Shown: positions 29,647 to 39,095 of the stretch, one piece after another
How the letters are laid out: each line of letters starts with the position of its first letter
Numbering within the stretch: the first letter of the stretch is position 1
IMG/VR virus record: IMGVR_UViG_3300046170_000519
Span: 62,001 to 126,000 of that record
DNA length: 64,000 bases
Direction: 5' to 3' (one strand)
Notes under the pieces: model-generated
Told to the model about the DNA's origin: nothing
Databases searched by the model: none
The model's input: the letters and a program-made list of their open reading frames with translations, nothing else
Program-made: the position numbers and the translations under genes

Positions 29647-29981
29647 GATTTGTATATTTTATGATAGTTTTTACTGAAAGGGCAAGAAAAAAATCCTTTA
29701 CCATGAGAATCTATGAAAGAACCAGAGATTTCTAAGCTTGGAATACCTTCTATTTTTGAATTTAAATACTCCAAGAAATGAAAATTAATAGCTTCTTCAC
29801 AAGAAAAGGAAATTGGAAGACTAAAAATTTTATAATCCTTCATGAAAGAGATTTTAGAAAAATCTATAGAAAAATCACAACAATTAAAATCGTTTAGAGC
29901 GTTCTTTAAATTAACTAAAGTTTTTCTTTTTGGATGTCGAAAATAGACATCATAGTTTGAGATTGTATTAACGGTTTTCAT
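29643..29981 (-). CDS. hypothetical protein
   Basis: 112-aa ORF in operon. Confidence 0.5.
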   Translation of the reverse strand: MKTVNTISNYDVYFRHPKRKTLVNLKNALNDFNCCDFSIDFSKISFMKDYKIFSLPISFSCEEAINFHFLEYLNSKIEGIPSLEISGSFIDSHGKGFFSCPFSKNYHKIYKS

Positions 29982-30192
29982 TTAAAGGTTTTTGCCAAGA
30001 AGGTTTGTAGGCATTGGGAAAAATTGTATCATAATTTTTTTTGAATTTGTCGCTAGTATTTCTGGGAGAATCTCCTTTACCATTGTTGCTAGAGCTGTTA
30101 AAAATAGAATCTGTTTTACAGCTTTGTCCATTTTGATGTTTTTTAAAACCATCTATAGCTTTGTTAATTTCTTTTTGTGAGTGACTATCCAT
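29968..30192 (-). CDS. hypothetical protein
   Basis: GKGDSPRN...FKKNYD.IF, a motif typical of small phage proteins. Confidence 0.55.
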   Translation of the reverse strand: MDSHSQKEINKAIDGFKKHQNGQSCKTDSIFNSSSNNGKGDSPRNTSDKFKKNYDTIFPNAYKPSWQKPLNENR

Positions 30193-30216
30193 GTTATTAA
30201 AATAATAATTTATATT

Positions 30217-30245
30217 ATAATAAGGCGAGACTTTGAGTTAGTCAA
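30217..30245 (-). promoter_or_regulatory. sigma70 promoter TTGACT-17-TATTAT
   Basis: intergenic, correct spacing. Confidence 0.6.
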
Positions 30246-30248
30246 GCA

Positions 30249-30557
30249 TTAAATTCCATAAATTGAATTTATAATTGATTTAGACTTAGATCTTAAAGAT
30301 TTTTGATACTCAAGATCTTGAGCTGCAAGCTCTTCTTGTTTTAATTTTTCTTTAGATTCTTGCTCTTCTGTCTCATCTAAACCTTGAGCCACAACAAGAA
30401 AAGTAATCTTATGTTCTGAATCTGAATCAACCAACTCTTTAGAATAATTGATTAAATCTAAAAACTGCTCTTCTTCCATTGATTGATAGGATTCCCAAGA
30501 GGGAACTTTATCCATAAGTGAATTGCTAGTAACTAAAGCAAAATTTATTTTATTCAT
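30249..30557 (-). CDS. hypothetical protein
   Basis: 102-aa ORF. Confidence 0.55.
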   Translation of the reverse strand: MNKINFALVTSNSLMDKVPSWESYQSMEEEQFLDLINYSKELVDSDSEHKITFLVVAQGLDETEEQESKEKLKQEELAAQDLEYQKSLRSKSKSIINSIYGI

Positions 30558-30561
30558 AATG

Positions 30562-31041
30562 TCATTTTTTCCATATAGAGAATTCTACAGTATCTGGATT
30601 TAGCTTAGAAAGGTTAATTTTAGTAATTTGATCCAAATGAGAAGGTCTTTGGAAAAGTTTATACTTTGCCGCCCAAGAGTGTTGAACGATTGGAGAGTTG
30701 AAATCCACATTTACATTTATGTACTCTAATAAATCTTTTCTTTTTATTAAAAAAAAAGAGTCTGAGAATTCAAAAACTATAAAATGTGCATCACCATAAA
30801 GCCATCCTGGTTTACCTTTTTTGTTTTTAATTTCAATCCAAGCCCATAGATTACCCTTTTTATTTAAAGAAGGCTTTAAAGAAACTGAGACAGATTGTGG
30901 TTTACCATCTGCAGATTTCCCCACCAATATAAAATTAATAAAACGAGAAAATTCATGAGATGTAGCTTTTTTAACTAAAAAGCCTTTTTTTTGAGCAAGT
31001 TCAACAAAATTTGCCCCCCAAAATGAATTTTTTTTACTCAA
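30562..31041 (-). CDS. degenerate paralog of the 11666-12124 PD-(D/E)XK protein
   Basis: shares W.E..N..G..GWL...A.FI.FE...F....R.DLLEY but lacks the acidic catalytic residues. Confidence 0.6.
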   Translation of the reverse strand: MSKKNSFWGANFVELAQKKGFLVKKATSHEFSRFINFILVGKSADGKPQSVSVSLKPSLNKKGNLWAWIEIKNKKGKPGWLYGDAHFIVFEFSDSFFLIKRKDLLEYINVNVDFNSPIVQHSWAAKYKLFQRPSHLDQITKINLSKLNPDTVEFSIWKK

Positions 31042-31044
31042 AAT

Positions 31045-31239
31045 TTAACGAATATTAAAAGGTTTTGATGTTTTTACGATGGTAACTTTATTAATCGAAT
31101 TTGCATCCCAAGATTGAACCATAGAAATGAGTTTTTCTGCTCTAGATTTAGCTTGATCAAAATCCAAATAATTTTTAGACTCAATTCTTCGACCATTTCG
31201 AGTTACAACATAAAACGTGTCTCGTGAAGTTGATTGCAT
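31045..31239 (-). CDS. hypothetical protein
   Basis: YVVTRNGRR.E..NY. Confidence 0.55.
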   Translation of the reverse strand: MQSTSRDTFYVVTRNGRRIESKNYLDFDQAKSRAEKLISMVQSWDANSINKVTIVKTSKPFNIR

Positions 31240-31275
31240 TCTCTACTAAGTTTCGTTTAAATAATTTTATTTAAC

Positions 31276-31662
31276 TCAAAATGGTGTTTCGTCTTCAAAC
31301 TCGACATCCTTAGGCACTTCTTTTTCAGCATCTTTTTTGGAGGAAGTGGGTGAACTGATTTTTGTTTCAACTTTCTCGCTAATGGATTGACCAGACTCTT
31401 CTTCTTTAGTTGATTCAGAATTTAAATCAAAAGCTGAATTTGTGGAGGGAGCTGAATAATACAAAATAACATCTGGCGCACTGGGATTGTCTTGTTTAGC
31501 TTTATTAGAAAAGCCAACAATATTTACCAAACCTTGGTCTTTATAGTTTTCAAGATTAATTCTGCCAGAAAAATAATTCTGAGTTTTTCCAGACTTTTTC
31601 CATAGAGCTCCTACTTCTCTTTGTTTCCAGTCATTTGCTTGAGTGTTTTTTTCTGTATCCAT
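31276..31662 (-). CDS. DUF736-like putative ssDNA-binding protein with SSB-type acidic tail
   Basis: EVGALWKK....YFSG.I, N.....P..PD; C-terminus EDETPF. Confidence 0.6.
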   Translation of the reverse strand: MDTEKNTQANDWKQREVGALWKKSGKTQNYFSGRINLENYKDQGLVNIVGFSNKAKQDNPSAPDVILYYSAPSTNSAFDLNSESTKEEESGQSISEKVETKISSPTSSKKDAEKEVPKDVEFEDETPF

Positions 31663-31720
31663 TTTTATTTATTTTTTAATGTTTTTGTTAAAGGATATAA
31701 TTATATTAATTATATATAAA

Positions 31721-31885
31721 TTATTTTCTACTAAATTTTAATTTTAATTCTTCAATGATTTTTATTTTATCATTGGTATTGAGTTGTGAGTAAGATTTTT
31801 TAAATCTCCTTAATAAACGTTTTTGTTCTGGTAAACCTTCATAACCCATAATATCTTTTATCTGCTTAAGTTTTGATTTATTCAT
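31721..31885 (-). CDS. 54-aa basic protein (not in ORF track)
   Basis: MNKSKLKQIKDIMGY...KFSRK*; ATG overlaps the guaC stop. Confidence 0.55.
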   Translation of the reverse strand: MNKSKLKQIKDIMGYEGLPEQKRLLRRFKKSYSQLNTNDKIKIIEELKLKFSRK

Positions 31886-32886
31886 ACTTCAATATAATCT
31901 GTATTATAAAGAGAAGTTAAATTATTTCCACCTGAATAACTTATTGAGCTTTGCAAGTCTTGCATTATTTCTTTTAATTTTTCTTCATAGCTCATTTCAT
32001 TGGAAGGAATGTTCGTAAGTTTTCCTTCAATGTTGTTGTTGTGGCCTTTGTTTTGAAAACTGGCAGAACCAAAATAAGCTTTATAAGGAGCGTTATTAAT
32101 GGTAGTGAAGCTTGCAGGACTATCTATACAAGATGCGAATAAGCCTCCAGCCATAACCATGTTAGCTCCAGCAACCAAAGCTTTAGCAATGTCTCCATTA
32201 TGCTTAATTCCGCCATCCGCAATGATTGGAACTTTTTGAGGTATGTCAAAGTCTTCAGAAGTAGATGCATTTGAAATCATAAAACCATTTTCTTTACTAA
32301 AGCTAGTGTTGGAGCATTTTTTAACACAGGAAAACATGGGCATTGTAAAGCCTGTTTTATCCTTCGTTGTGCATGGAGATCCTTGGCCTATGCCAACTTT
32401 TACAGCATCAGCTCCCCAAGCTGAAAGATCAATGACGGCTTCAGGTACTGCAACATTGCCAGCGATAATTTTTGTTTCAGGTAGGTGCTTTTTAATCCAC
32501 TCAATCATTACCTTCATTCGCTTACAATGACCGTGAGCAATATCAATTGTTAAGCAATCAACTCGATGACCTCTCTTGCCAATTTCTTGAATTGCAATTT
32601 TGTCTTTAATTTTTGCTCCTACGCTAAACGAAATAAATTTCCAATCTTGAGCATTAGCAATATCTTCAGTTAGATCACGATCAAATCTATGCATGATATA
32701 AAAATAAAGATTTTCACTCATCCACTTTGCTATATCGATATTGACAACAGACTTCATGTTAGCAGGGATAATGGGTAAAATAAATTTTTGCCCTAGAAAT
32801 TCAACAGATGTATCACAATCTATTCTACTATGAACTTCATTGTATCGAGGCACTAAAGCTACATCTGAATATTTCAAATATTTCAT
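31882..32886 (-). CDS. guaC: GMP reductase
   Basis: PANM, IMHRF, IDIAHGH, IAGNV, KVGIGQGSPCTTK.KTGF, IADGGI...GDIAKA, YFGSAS, LQSSISY. Confidence 0.92.
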   Translation of the reverse strand: MKYLKYSDVALVPRYNEVHSRIDCDTSVEFLGQKFILPIIPANMKSVVNIDIAKWMSENLYFYIMHRFDRDLTEDIANAQDWKFISFSVGAKIKDKIAIQEIGKRGHRVDCLTIDIAHGHCKRMKVMIEWIKKHLPETKIIAGNVAVPEAVIDLSAWGADAVKVGIGQGSPCTTKDKTGFTMPMFSCVKKCSNTSFSKENGFMISNASTSEDFDIPQKVPIIADGGIKHNGDIAKALVAGANMVMAGGLFASCIDSPASFTTINNAPYKAYFGSASFQNKGHNNNIEGKLTNIPSNEMSYEEKLKEIMQDLQSSISYSGGNNLTSLYNTDYIEV

Positions 32887-33133
32887 AAATGAGATTTTAA
32901 ATCATTGCAGAGGTTAGAGACTAGCTCTCCGCTAACTCTGAGTTTATGCTTATTTCTGATAACATGATAGAAATTTTCATTCTCGATTAAAATAATTAAA
33001 GAACATTGATTGAATAGTAAATCTCCATGCACTCGTTTAAATTCTTTTTCTAAGGAATTTATTATGAGATCTTGAGTCTGACCAAAACCAAAGCGGAAAT
33101 TATAATTTAGTACATTGTCTATAATAATCATGA
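32883..33133 (-). CDS. hypothetical protein
   Basis: probable start MIIIDNV. Confidence 0.45.
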
Positions 33134-33195
33134 CATATATATGTAATAAAAAGAGTAGCAAGCTGTTGCGAAAAATAAAAATTGTAAAATCTCCA

Positions 33196-33735
33196 TTATC
33201 TATAATCCTTTCTTAATAATCTCCAGCGATCTGAATCAATTGGTTTACTGCCATTATCTATAGCATACAACATTTCTATAACTTCGTCAAGACTATTGTA
33301 AATATATTTATGAGGCAACATTCCTAGCATCCATAAAGGAGTTTTAGCCTTGCCCCCTTCCATGCTGATAAATACAGGTTTCTTTTCTCTCACAGCGGTA
33401 ACAATTTCTTCTGCACTACCCCAGCTTGCAACATCTGGAACCAAGTGAGCGATGATAAAATCACTACGATCAACTAAATTTAGGTCATAAGCTCGAACAG
33501 TTTTCATTTTTTCGGTGACCCGATCATACTGTTTGGTCTTCATCCAAGTTTCCATTTCTTGTCGAGACGCTTCATCTTCTTCAACATCTTTTATGAATGG
33601 CTTTTCATAAGGATTAAAGCAAGTAATCTCAAGAGGAGTAAGTTTATCAGTAACTTCTTTTCTCCAATCCCTGCCGCTGAGATATTGCATATGACCAACT
33701 AAATATGTTCGAGTTTTATATAAAAGATTTTTCAT
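33196..33735 (-). CDS. nucleoside 2-deoxyribosyltransferase/N-glycosidase-like protein
   Basis: YL.G.M....WR, FNP, DL..V.RSD..IA, S.GS.EE, KPV. Confidence 0.72.
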   Translation of the reverse strand: MKNLLYKTRTYLVGHMQYLSGRDWRKEVTDKLTPLEITCFNPYEKPFIKDVEEDEASRQEMETWMKTKQYDRVTEKMKTVRAYDLNLVDRSDFIIAHLVPDVASWGSAEEIVTAVREKKPVFISMEGGKAKTPLWMLGMLPHKYIYNSLDEVIEMLYAIDNGSKPIDSDRWRLLRKDYR

Positions 33736-33786
33736 AATACATTATAGTCCACTAGTTTTATTGCCGCTGAATATTTTTTTTCTTGG

Positions 33787-34842
33787 CTACTTGATTTGTT
33801 TATTTATTTTGTTTAGCTTTTCAAGCAATCCTTTTCGAACTAACTCTTCTCTAATTCTTCGAGCAGAAGTGAATTTTACACCAACAAGCTTTGAAACTTC
33901 ATCAATTGTTTTTCCTTCTTTAAAATATTTTAACATTAAGCTTCTCTCTTCGTCTGTAAAAGGTCTATTCCTGCTTACAGTTTGTTTGGTTAATTTTAAA
34001 CTTTTTATAGCTCCCCAAACTTTTTTCGTTGAATATTTTAAATTAAATAATTTTTTATTAATTTGTTCTGCTGTATATCGCTTGGGATTAGATAAAATAT
34101 ATTTTTTTATTTTTTTCTTATCCTCTGCTGTAATTAGTAATTCTTTATTAGAGTTATTAAAAAAATTATTGAGAGCTTTAACCCCTTTTTGAATTGATTC
34201 TACAGAGCCCCCATTCATAACTTCATCAAAATTAAAATAACTCCTAAGTTTAGCTTGAATATTTTTAAAGCTAAAAGATATCGCTTGATGAGTTACTTCA
34301 AGCTTTTCAGCAATTTGATCCTGATTAAAACCTTTGCGAATATAAGAAATAATTAAACCCTCTTGCTCTGTTAGGAGATAAGAATAGGTGTTTAAAACAT
34401 GAAAAAACTTTTTAGAATTAGCTGTAAAATAGATAAAATCATTATCTAAGTCTTCATTCTCTATACCAGCAGTTTCAATGGTCGCTTCAAAAAGACTTTT
34501 TGGACCATCATCCGTTTCAATAATTCCATCTAGCTTCCTGCGATTATAAGACTTGTTTTGAAAACGATAATGAGACCAGACCACTTCATTTTTTGCAAAG
34601 TGGTAAGCTATTTTTTTAAATTCTGCCTGATTGAATTCCTGACCTTCAGAGAAAGTCTTTAAGATTTTGTCTTTACTTTTTAATAAATGCATGTTGCACT
34701 CACTATAAACTTCTTCGTCCGTTAACGCATGAAAACTTTTTTTAAATTTTCCTACGATTCTTTTTATATCTTCTTGAAATTCGCAAAGATATTGATCGTA
34801 AAGATCTGAATTTTTTTGGTTTATTACTTGAAGCTCTTCCAT
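33787..34842 (-). CDS. sigma-factor-like protein with extra C-terminal HTH domains
   Basis: region-2-like N-terminus; region 4 LTEQE...GFNQDQIAEKLEVTHQAIS; further HTH FTDEE...EGKTIDEVSKLVG. Confidence 0.6.
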   Translation of the reverse strand: MEELQVINQKNSDLYDQYLCEFQEDIKRIVGKFKKSFHALTDEEVYSECNMHLLKSKDKILKTFSEGQEFNQAEFKKIAYHFAKNEVVWSHYRFQNKSYNRRKLDGIIETDDGPKSLFEATIETAGIENEDLDNDFIYFTANSKKFFHVLNTYSYLLTEQEGLIISYIRKGFNQDQIAEKLEVTHQAISFSFKNIQAKLRSYFNFDEVMNGGSVESIQKGVKALNNFFNNSNKELLITAEDKKKIKKYILSNPKRYTAEQINKKLFNLKYSTKKVWGAIKSLKLTKQTVSRNRPFTDEERSLMLKYFKEGKTIDEVSKLVGVKFTSARRIREELVRKGLLEKLNKINKQIK

Positions 34843-35891
34843 GTTACATTGCTCCCTTTTTGGTTATACGAACTCGGATATTCGTTCTTCCAATTTACCC
34901 AATGCGAAGTGCGTTGCATCCAAGCTTTAAAAGTTCCTTCTTTAAGATCTAAACTTTTTGCAGCTAAAGATCTAATGTTATTATTTTCTGAAAGAGCTTT
35001 TTTAATTTTGGGTATTAAAGATTTTCTAAAATTATCTCGCTTTAAAGCTAAAGATTTTTGAAGACTAGCTATTCTTTTAGACTCAGCCTCTGTACTTTTA
35101 TCAAAAAAAGGTTTTCCATCAGCCCTTCTTTTAGCCATGACTCTTTTTTGAGTTGCAGAACGTTGTTCACTTGAAACTCTAGGAGGGGGAACTCTTACAA
35201 TTGGGTGATGTTTATCCCACCAAGCTTTATCTTCACACCTGAGCATTAATTTATAAAAAGTAGATCTCCCTATTTTTAAATATTCAGCAGCTTTTTTTCT
35301 GTTGTCGCCATTAAGAACTAATGCATTAATAAGTTGATTTTTAGTTTTCTTTCTTTCTTCTTTGTCCCAAGGAACCCAGCCACCACCATTCCAAATTAAA
35401 CCTTTTCTTTTGGAGACATGTCTGCTGGTGTTTTTACGATGTTTCGCAGACCAATTTTCAGAACCTTTCTTAAAGCCTATATTTTTGCAATCTTTTGCTG
35501 TTGATTTATTAAATCTATTTGTATAACCTTCTGGTCTTGGGATTTCTTTTTTAAATAAAAAATTATTTACATTGGGAAAAGAAGAAGCTTTTATGTCGCT
35601 CCAATCTTCTATAGATAATTTTTTTTGATTACTTGTGTTTTTATAATCTTTATGGAGCATGTAACCCAAGATAGCTTTAACTTTTACCCCTTCATAATCC
35701 TCTTTAGATTTTAAAACGAGAATACTTTTAGCTAAAAAATACGATTTAGCTTTTATGAAACACATAAAGTCTTTTTCTGAAGCATCTTGGTATTGATGCG
35801 TAAAGTACATTAACCAATATTGGTGAAACGGAAAAGACTTTCTTCTAAATTTATATTGAGAACTACGTTTTGGTCTTCCTGCTTTTTTCAT
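34824..35891 (-). CDS. basic DNA-binding protein with AT-hook and two Fis-type HTH motifs
   Basis: GRPKR; ALVLNGDNRKKAAEYLKIGRSTFYK and ALSENNNIRSLAAKSLDLKEGTF. Confidence 0.65.
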   Translation of the reverse strand: MKKAGRPKRSSQYKFRRKSFPFHQYWLMYFTHQYQDASEKDFMCFIKAKSYFLAKSILVLKSKEDYEGVKVKAILGYMLHKDYKNTSNQKKLSIEDWSDIKASSFPNVNNFLFKKEIPRPEGYTNRFNKSTAKDCKNIGFKKGSENWSAKHRKNTSRHVSKRKGLIWNGGGWVPWDKEERKKTKNQLINALVLNGDNRKKAAEYLKIGRSTFYKLMLRCEDKAWWDKHHPIVRVPPPRVSSEQRSATQKRVMAKRRADGKPFFDKSTEAESKRIASLQKSLALKRDNFRKSLIPKIKKALSENNNIRSLAAKSLDLKEGTFKAWMQRTSHWVNWKNEYPSSYNQKGSNVTWKSFK

Positions 35892-35900
35892 AATAAAAGC

Positions 35901-35929
35901 AGTGTACCATAGGATAATGTAAAAGTCAA
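35901..35929 (-). promoter_or_regulatory. sigma70 promoter TTGACT-17-TACACT
   Basis: 9 nt before the ATG at 35891. Confidence 0.6.
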
Positions 35930-35930
35930 G

Positions 35931-36113
35931 CTATTTCCATTTACAATAATTTGGATTCTCTAACCTTTTTCTTCGCATGTAATCTCTTTTTTGAGCTCTA
36001 CGACGAGAAATATCAGATTCATCATACTTTTTTTGAGCTTTTCGTTGAGCTTCAGTGGTTTTATATTGTTTTTTTTCGTATAAAGTTTCTTTTTTTGGAG
36101 TTTTATGATTCAT
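35931..36113 (-). CDS. small basic hypothetical protein
   Basis: 60 aa, K/R-rich. Confidence 0.55.
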   Translation of the reverse strand: MNHKTPKKETLYEKKQYKTTEAQRKAQKKYDESDISRRRAQKRDYMRRKRLENPNYCKWK

Positions 36114-36164
36114 GACGTGTAAAAGTTTCGTGATTATATTACTATAATGTAGTACACTTAAACA

Positions 36165-36974
36165 ATGAAAACAAAAAGAAAAATATTAATAATGGGATTA
36201 CCTGGATCAGGCAAAACGACATTGGCAGAAATGCTAGTAAGTAAATTAGGAGCAGCATGGTTTAATGCTGATGCTGTGAGACAGGATATATATTCCGAGT
36301 TGGGGTTTAATTACGATGATAGAATTAAGCACGCCGAGAGGATGGGGAAATTATGTGACTGGGCTAAAATAGGTGGAGGATACGTAGTAGCAGACTTCGT
36401 ATGTCCTGTGCAGGAAGCTCGTAAAGCCTTTAATGCAGATTTCACTATATGGGTTGATAGAATTCAAGAGGGAAGATATGAAGACACAAATAAAATGTTT
36501 GAAAAACCTATGAATTATGACATCAGGTTGATTGACGGAACTCCTGAAGAATGGACTACTCAAGTTTTAAATAAATTAGAAGAAACAGAAAAATGGAACA
36601 ATCAAGCTCCTACAGCATTGTTAATTGGAAGATATCAACCTTTTCATGTAGGGCATAAAACTCTAGTGAAAGAAGCTATTGACCGTACAGGTCAATGCTG
36701 CATTGCTTTAAGAGATGTAGGAGGCATAGACGAAAAAAATCCTTATAATTTTGAAGAAGTTAAAGCAGAAATAATGTCCGCCTGTATAGAATTTGGAGAT
36801 AAAATTAAAGTTGTCGAGCTTCCAAATATCACTGATGTATTTTATGGTAGGGGAGTTGGATATAATATAGAACAGCTGGAATTAAGTAAAGAAATGCAAG
36901 CTATATCAGCGACAAGGATAAGAGCTGGGGAAATTAGTCAAGACGGTAAACTCACAGGGAAGCGACCTGAATAA
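36165..36974 (+). CDS. cysC: adenylylsulfate kinase fused to an HxGH nucleotidyltransferase domain
   Basis: GLPGSGKTT, NAD.VR, GF...DR, DFVCP, FE.P; C-domain IGRYQPFHVGH and ISATRIR. Confidence 0.8.
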   Translation: MKTKRKILIMGLPGSGKTTLAEMLVSKLGAAWFNADAVRQDIYSELGFNYDDRIKHAERMGKLCDWAKIGGGYVVADFVCPVQEARKAFNADFTIWVDRIQEGRYEDTNKMFEKPMNYDIRLIDGTPEEWTTQVLNKLEETEKWNNQAPTALLIGRYQPFHVGHKTLVKEAIDRTGQCCIALRDVGGIDEKNPYNFEEVKAEIMSACIEFGDKIKVVELPNITDVFYGRGVGYNIEQLELSKEMQAISATRIRAGEISQDGKLTGKRPE

Positions 36975-37321
36975 TGAAAAAGTATAAAACTTTTTTCTGT
37001 GATATAGATGGTACAATATTCAAATACAGAAAATTCGAAAAATATCAAACATCTAAGGCTGAAGTAATAGAGTCTACAAAAGAATATTTAATCAAAGCTC
37101 AAGAAGAAGGGCATATGATAATTCTTACAACGGCTAGACCAGAGTATTTAAGAGCTCACACAGAAAAAGAATTACAAGAAAATGAAATTCCCTATAGTAA
37201 ATTAATTATGGAGATAGAGAGAGGACCTAGATATTTGATTAATGATATGGATCCAGATAAACCTGGCAAAAGAGCTATTGGCATAAATCTGATTAGAGAT
37301 CAAGGAATCACTAAAAAATGA
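36974..37321 (+). CDS. small capless HAD-superfamily phosphatase
   Basis: FCDIDGT, LTTARP, INDM. Confidence 0.8.
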   Translation: MKKYKTFFCDIDGTIFKYRKFEKYQTSKAEVIESTKEYLIKAQEEGHMIILTTARPEYLRAHTEKELQENEIPYSKLIMEIERGPRYLINDMDPDKPGKRAIGINLIRDQGITKK

Positions 37322-37830
37322 AATTAAATATTCAATCAGAACAATTTCCAAATGTATTTTACGGAATCATTGAAATACCAAAAGAATCAAATGTAAAGTG
37401 TGAACTAAATGAAGGCTTTAACATGATTGAGTTTGATAGAGAGTTGAGCAACTCAATGATATATCCTGGGAATTATGGATTTATACCTTCAACGCTGGCT
37501 GAAGATGGGGATCCTGTGGATATAGTAATGATTGATAGTGATCCACATATTGAGGCTGGAACTTTGGTTAAACTAAAACCTTTAGGAATACTAAAAATGA
37601 TGGATTGCGGATTTATTGATAATAAAATATTAACAACAACAAGCAAAGATAAAAGCATTAATGATATAACAGATGTTTACGAAAAATTTTTAGATAAGAC
37701 TAAAGACTTTTTCGCAAATTATAAAAACCTAGATAATCAAAAAGTTGTGATAGGAGGGTGGAAAGGCAGAGAAGAAGCTCTTGGGTATTTAAAAGATAAG
37801 ATTAAGCCTAAGACAAAATTTCTAAAATAG
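37318..37830 (+). CDS. ppa: family I inorganic pyrophosphatase
   Basis: IEIPK, K.E, DR, YPGNYGFIPSTLAEDGDPVD, D.K, FF.NYK. Confidence 0.92.
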   Translation: MKLNIQSEQFPNVFYGIIEIPKESNVKCELNEGFNMIEFDRELSNSMIYPGNYGFIPSTLAEDGDPVDIVMIDSDPHIEAGTLVKLKPLGILKMMDCGFIDNKILTTTSKDKSINDITDVYEKFLDKTKDFFANYKNLDNQKVVIGGWKGREEALGYLKDKIKPKTKFLK

Positions 37831-39088
37831 GCTCTCCTTTATGAGCGACCTGGAAAGGTCTTCCAGATGGAGAATAATGAATGTCATTTATGGAAAGACC
37901 TAAAGCATACGCAATTGTCGCATTTAAGTCTTCGGGTTTAACTGGATTCACATCAACTTCCATGCCTTTTTCATCGCTCTGACCATAAATTGTCCCACCT
38001 TTTATAGCTCCTCCAGCAAAAAAAGCTGAAAAAGCTTTAGGCCAGTGATCTCTACCATCCCTTGGGTTAATTTTTGGAGTACGACCAAACTCAGATGTTA
38101 AAACGACTAATGTGTCATTCAATAAACCTCGAACTTCAAGGTCAAAAAGTAGAGCCCCTAACGCCTTATCAATATCAACACAATTTGCAGCAACACGTTC
38201 AAAGTTATTATCATGAGTGTCCCAACCTCCACGGGTAACTTCAACGTAACGCACTTTATTTTCGATCAACCTTCTGGCTAATAAACACCCTTGCCCGAAA
38301 TTGCTTTCACCATACAATTCAACCATAACTTCTGGTTCAGCAGAAATATCAAAAGCTTTTAAGTCATCACTCCGCATGAGTTTTACGGCATCTTTATATA
38401 AATCGGTATATGCACGAATTTTTTTTTGATTGTATCTTTCGCTAAATACAGCATTTAATTGTTCAGCCGTTTTTATTCTATCGTTAAATCGTGAGGCATC
38501 CAAATAATCAGCCATTGAGCTGTTAGCTAACCCTGCCTTAGGATTTCTTATAGGCAAAGCTCCGTAACGAGATTCTAAAAAGCCAGCTCCTCCTCCGCCT
38601 CCACCGATCTTTACATTAGTAGGGATAGTTCTATTTATTGAACCAGAAAGCTTGGAGACCCAACTTCCGAAAGTAGGATGTACAATTGTTCCACGTTTTT
38701 GATAGCTCGTATGCATTAAATAACTAGCTTGTTCATGAGCTCCTTGATTGCTAGTTACAGAGCGAACAATAGCCGCATTATGCATATGCTTCGCAACCGT
38801 AGGTAAATTCTCTGAGAGAAAAACATCATCAACAGTTGTTTTAATAGATTGAACTGGGCCTTGAACATCAGGACTTTGAGGTTTTGGGTCGAAAGTATCA
38901 AGGTGCGACATTGCTCCAGCCATGTTTAAATAGATGACATGACGGGCTTTTGCGGGGCGAGAGCCTGGGGTTAAGGCATAGGAATTGTCGTGAATATAAG
39001 ACCCAACCAATGGCATTAACCCAACTCCTAAATAAGACTTGGCAGCTCTAGCAATAAATTCTCTTCTGTGTATTTCGTTATTTTTCAT
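37808..39088 (-). CDS. DUF1501 family protein with Tat signal
   Basis: HRREFI, VIYL.M.G.MSHLDTFDPKP, YG...FGQ.CLLARRL.E..VR.VEV, GWDTH, EFGRTP, GRDHWP. Confidence 0.92.
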   Translation of the reverse strand: MKNNEIHRREFIARAAKSYLGVGLMPLVGSYIHDNSYALTPGSRPAKARHVIYLNMAGAMSHLDTFDPKPQSPDVQGPVQSIKTTVDDVFLSENLPTVAKHMHNAAIVRSVTSNQGAHEQASYLMHTSYQKRGTIVHPTFGSWVSKLSGSINRTIPTNVKIGGGGGGAGFLESRYGALPIRNPKAGLANSSMADYLDASRFNDRIKTAEQLNAVFSERYNQKKIRAYTDLYKDAVKLMRSDDLKAFDISAEPEVMVELYGESNFGQGCLLARRLIENKVRYVEVTRGGWDTHDNNFERVAANCVDIDKALGALLFDLEVRGLLNDTLVVLTSEFGRTPKINPRDGRDHWPKAFSAFFAGGAIKGGTIYGQSDEKGMEVDVNPVKPEDLNATIAYALGLSINDIHYSPSGRPFQVAHKGEPILEILS

Positions 39089-39095
39089 AATAAAT

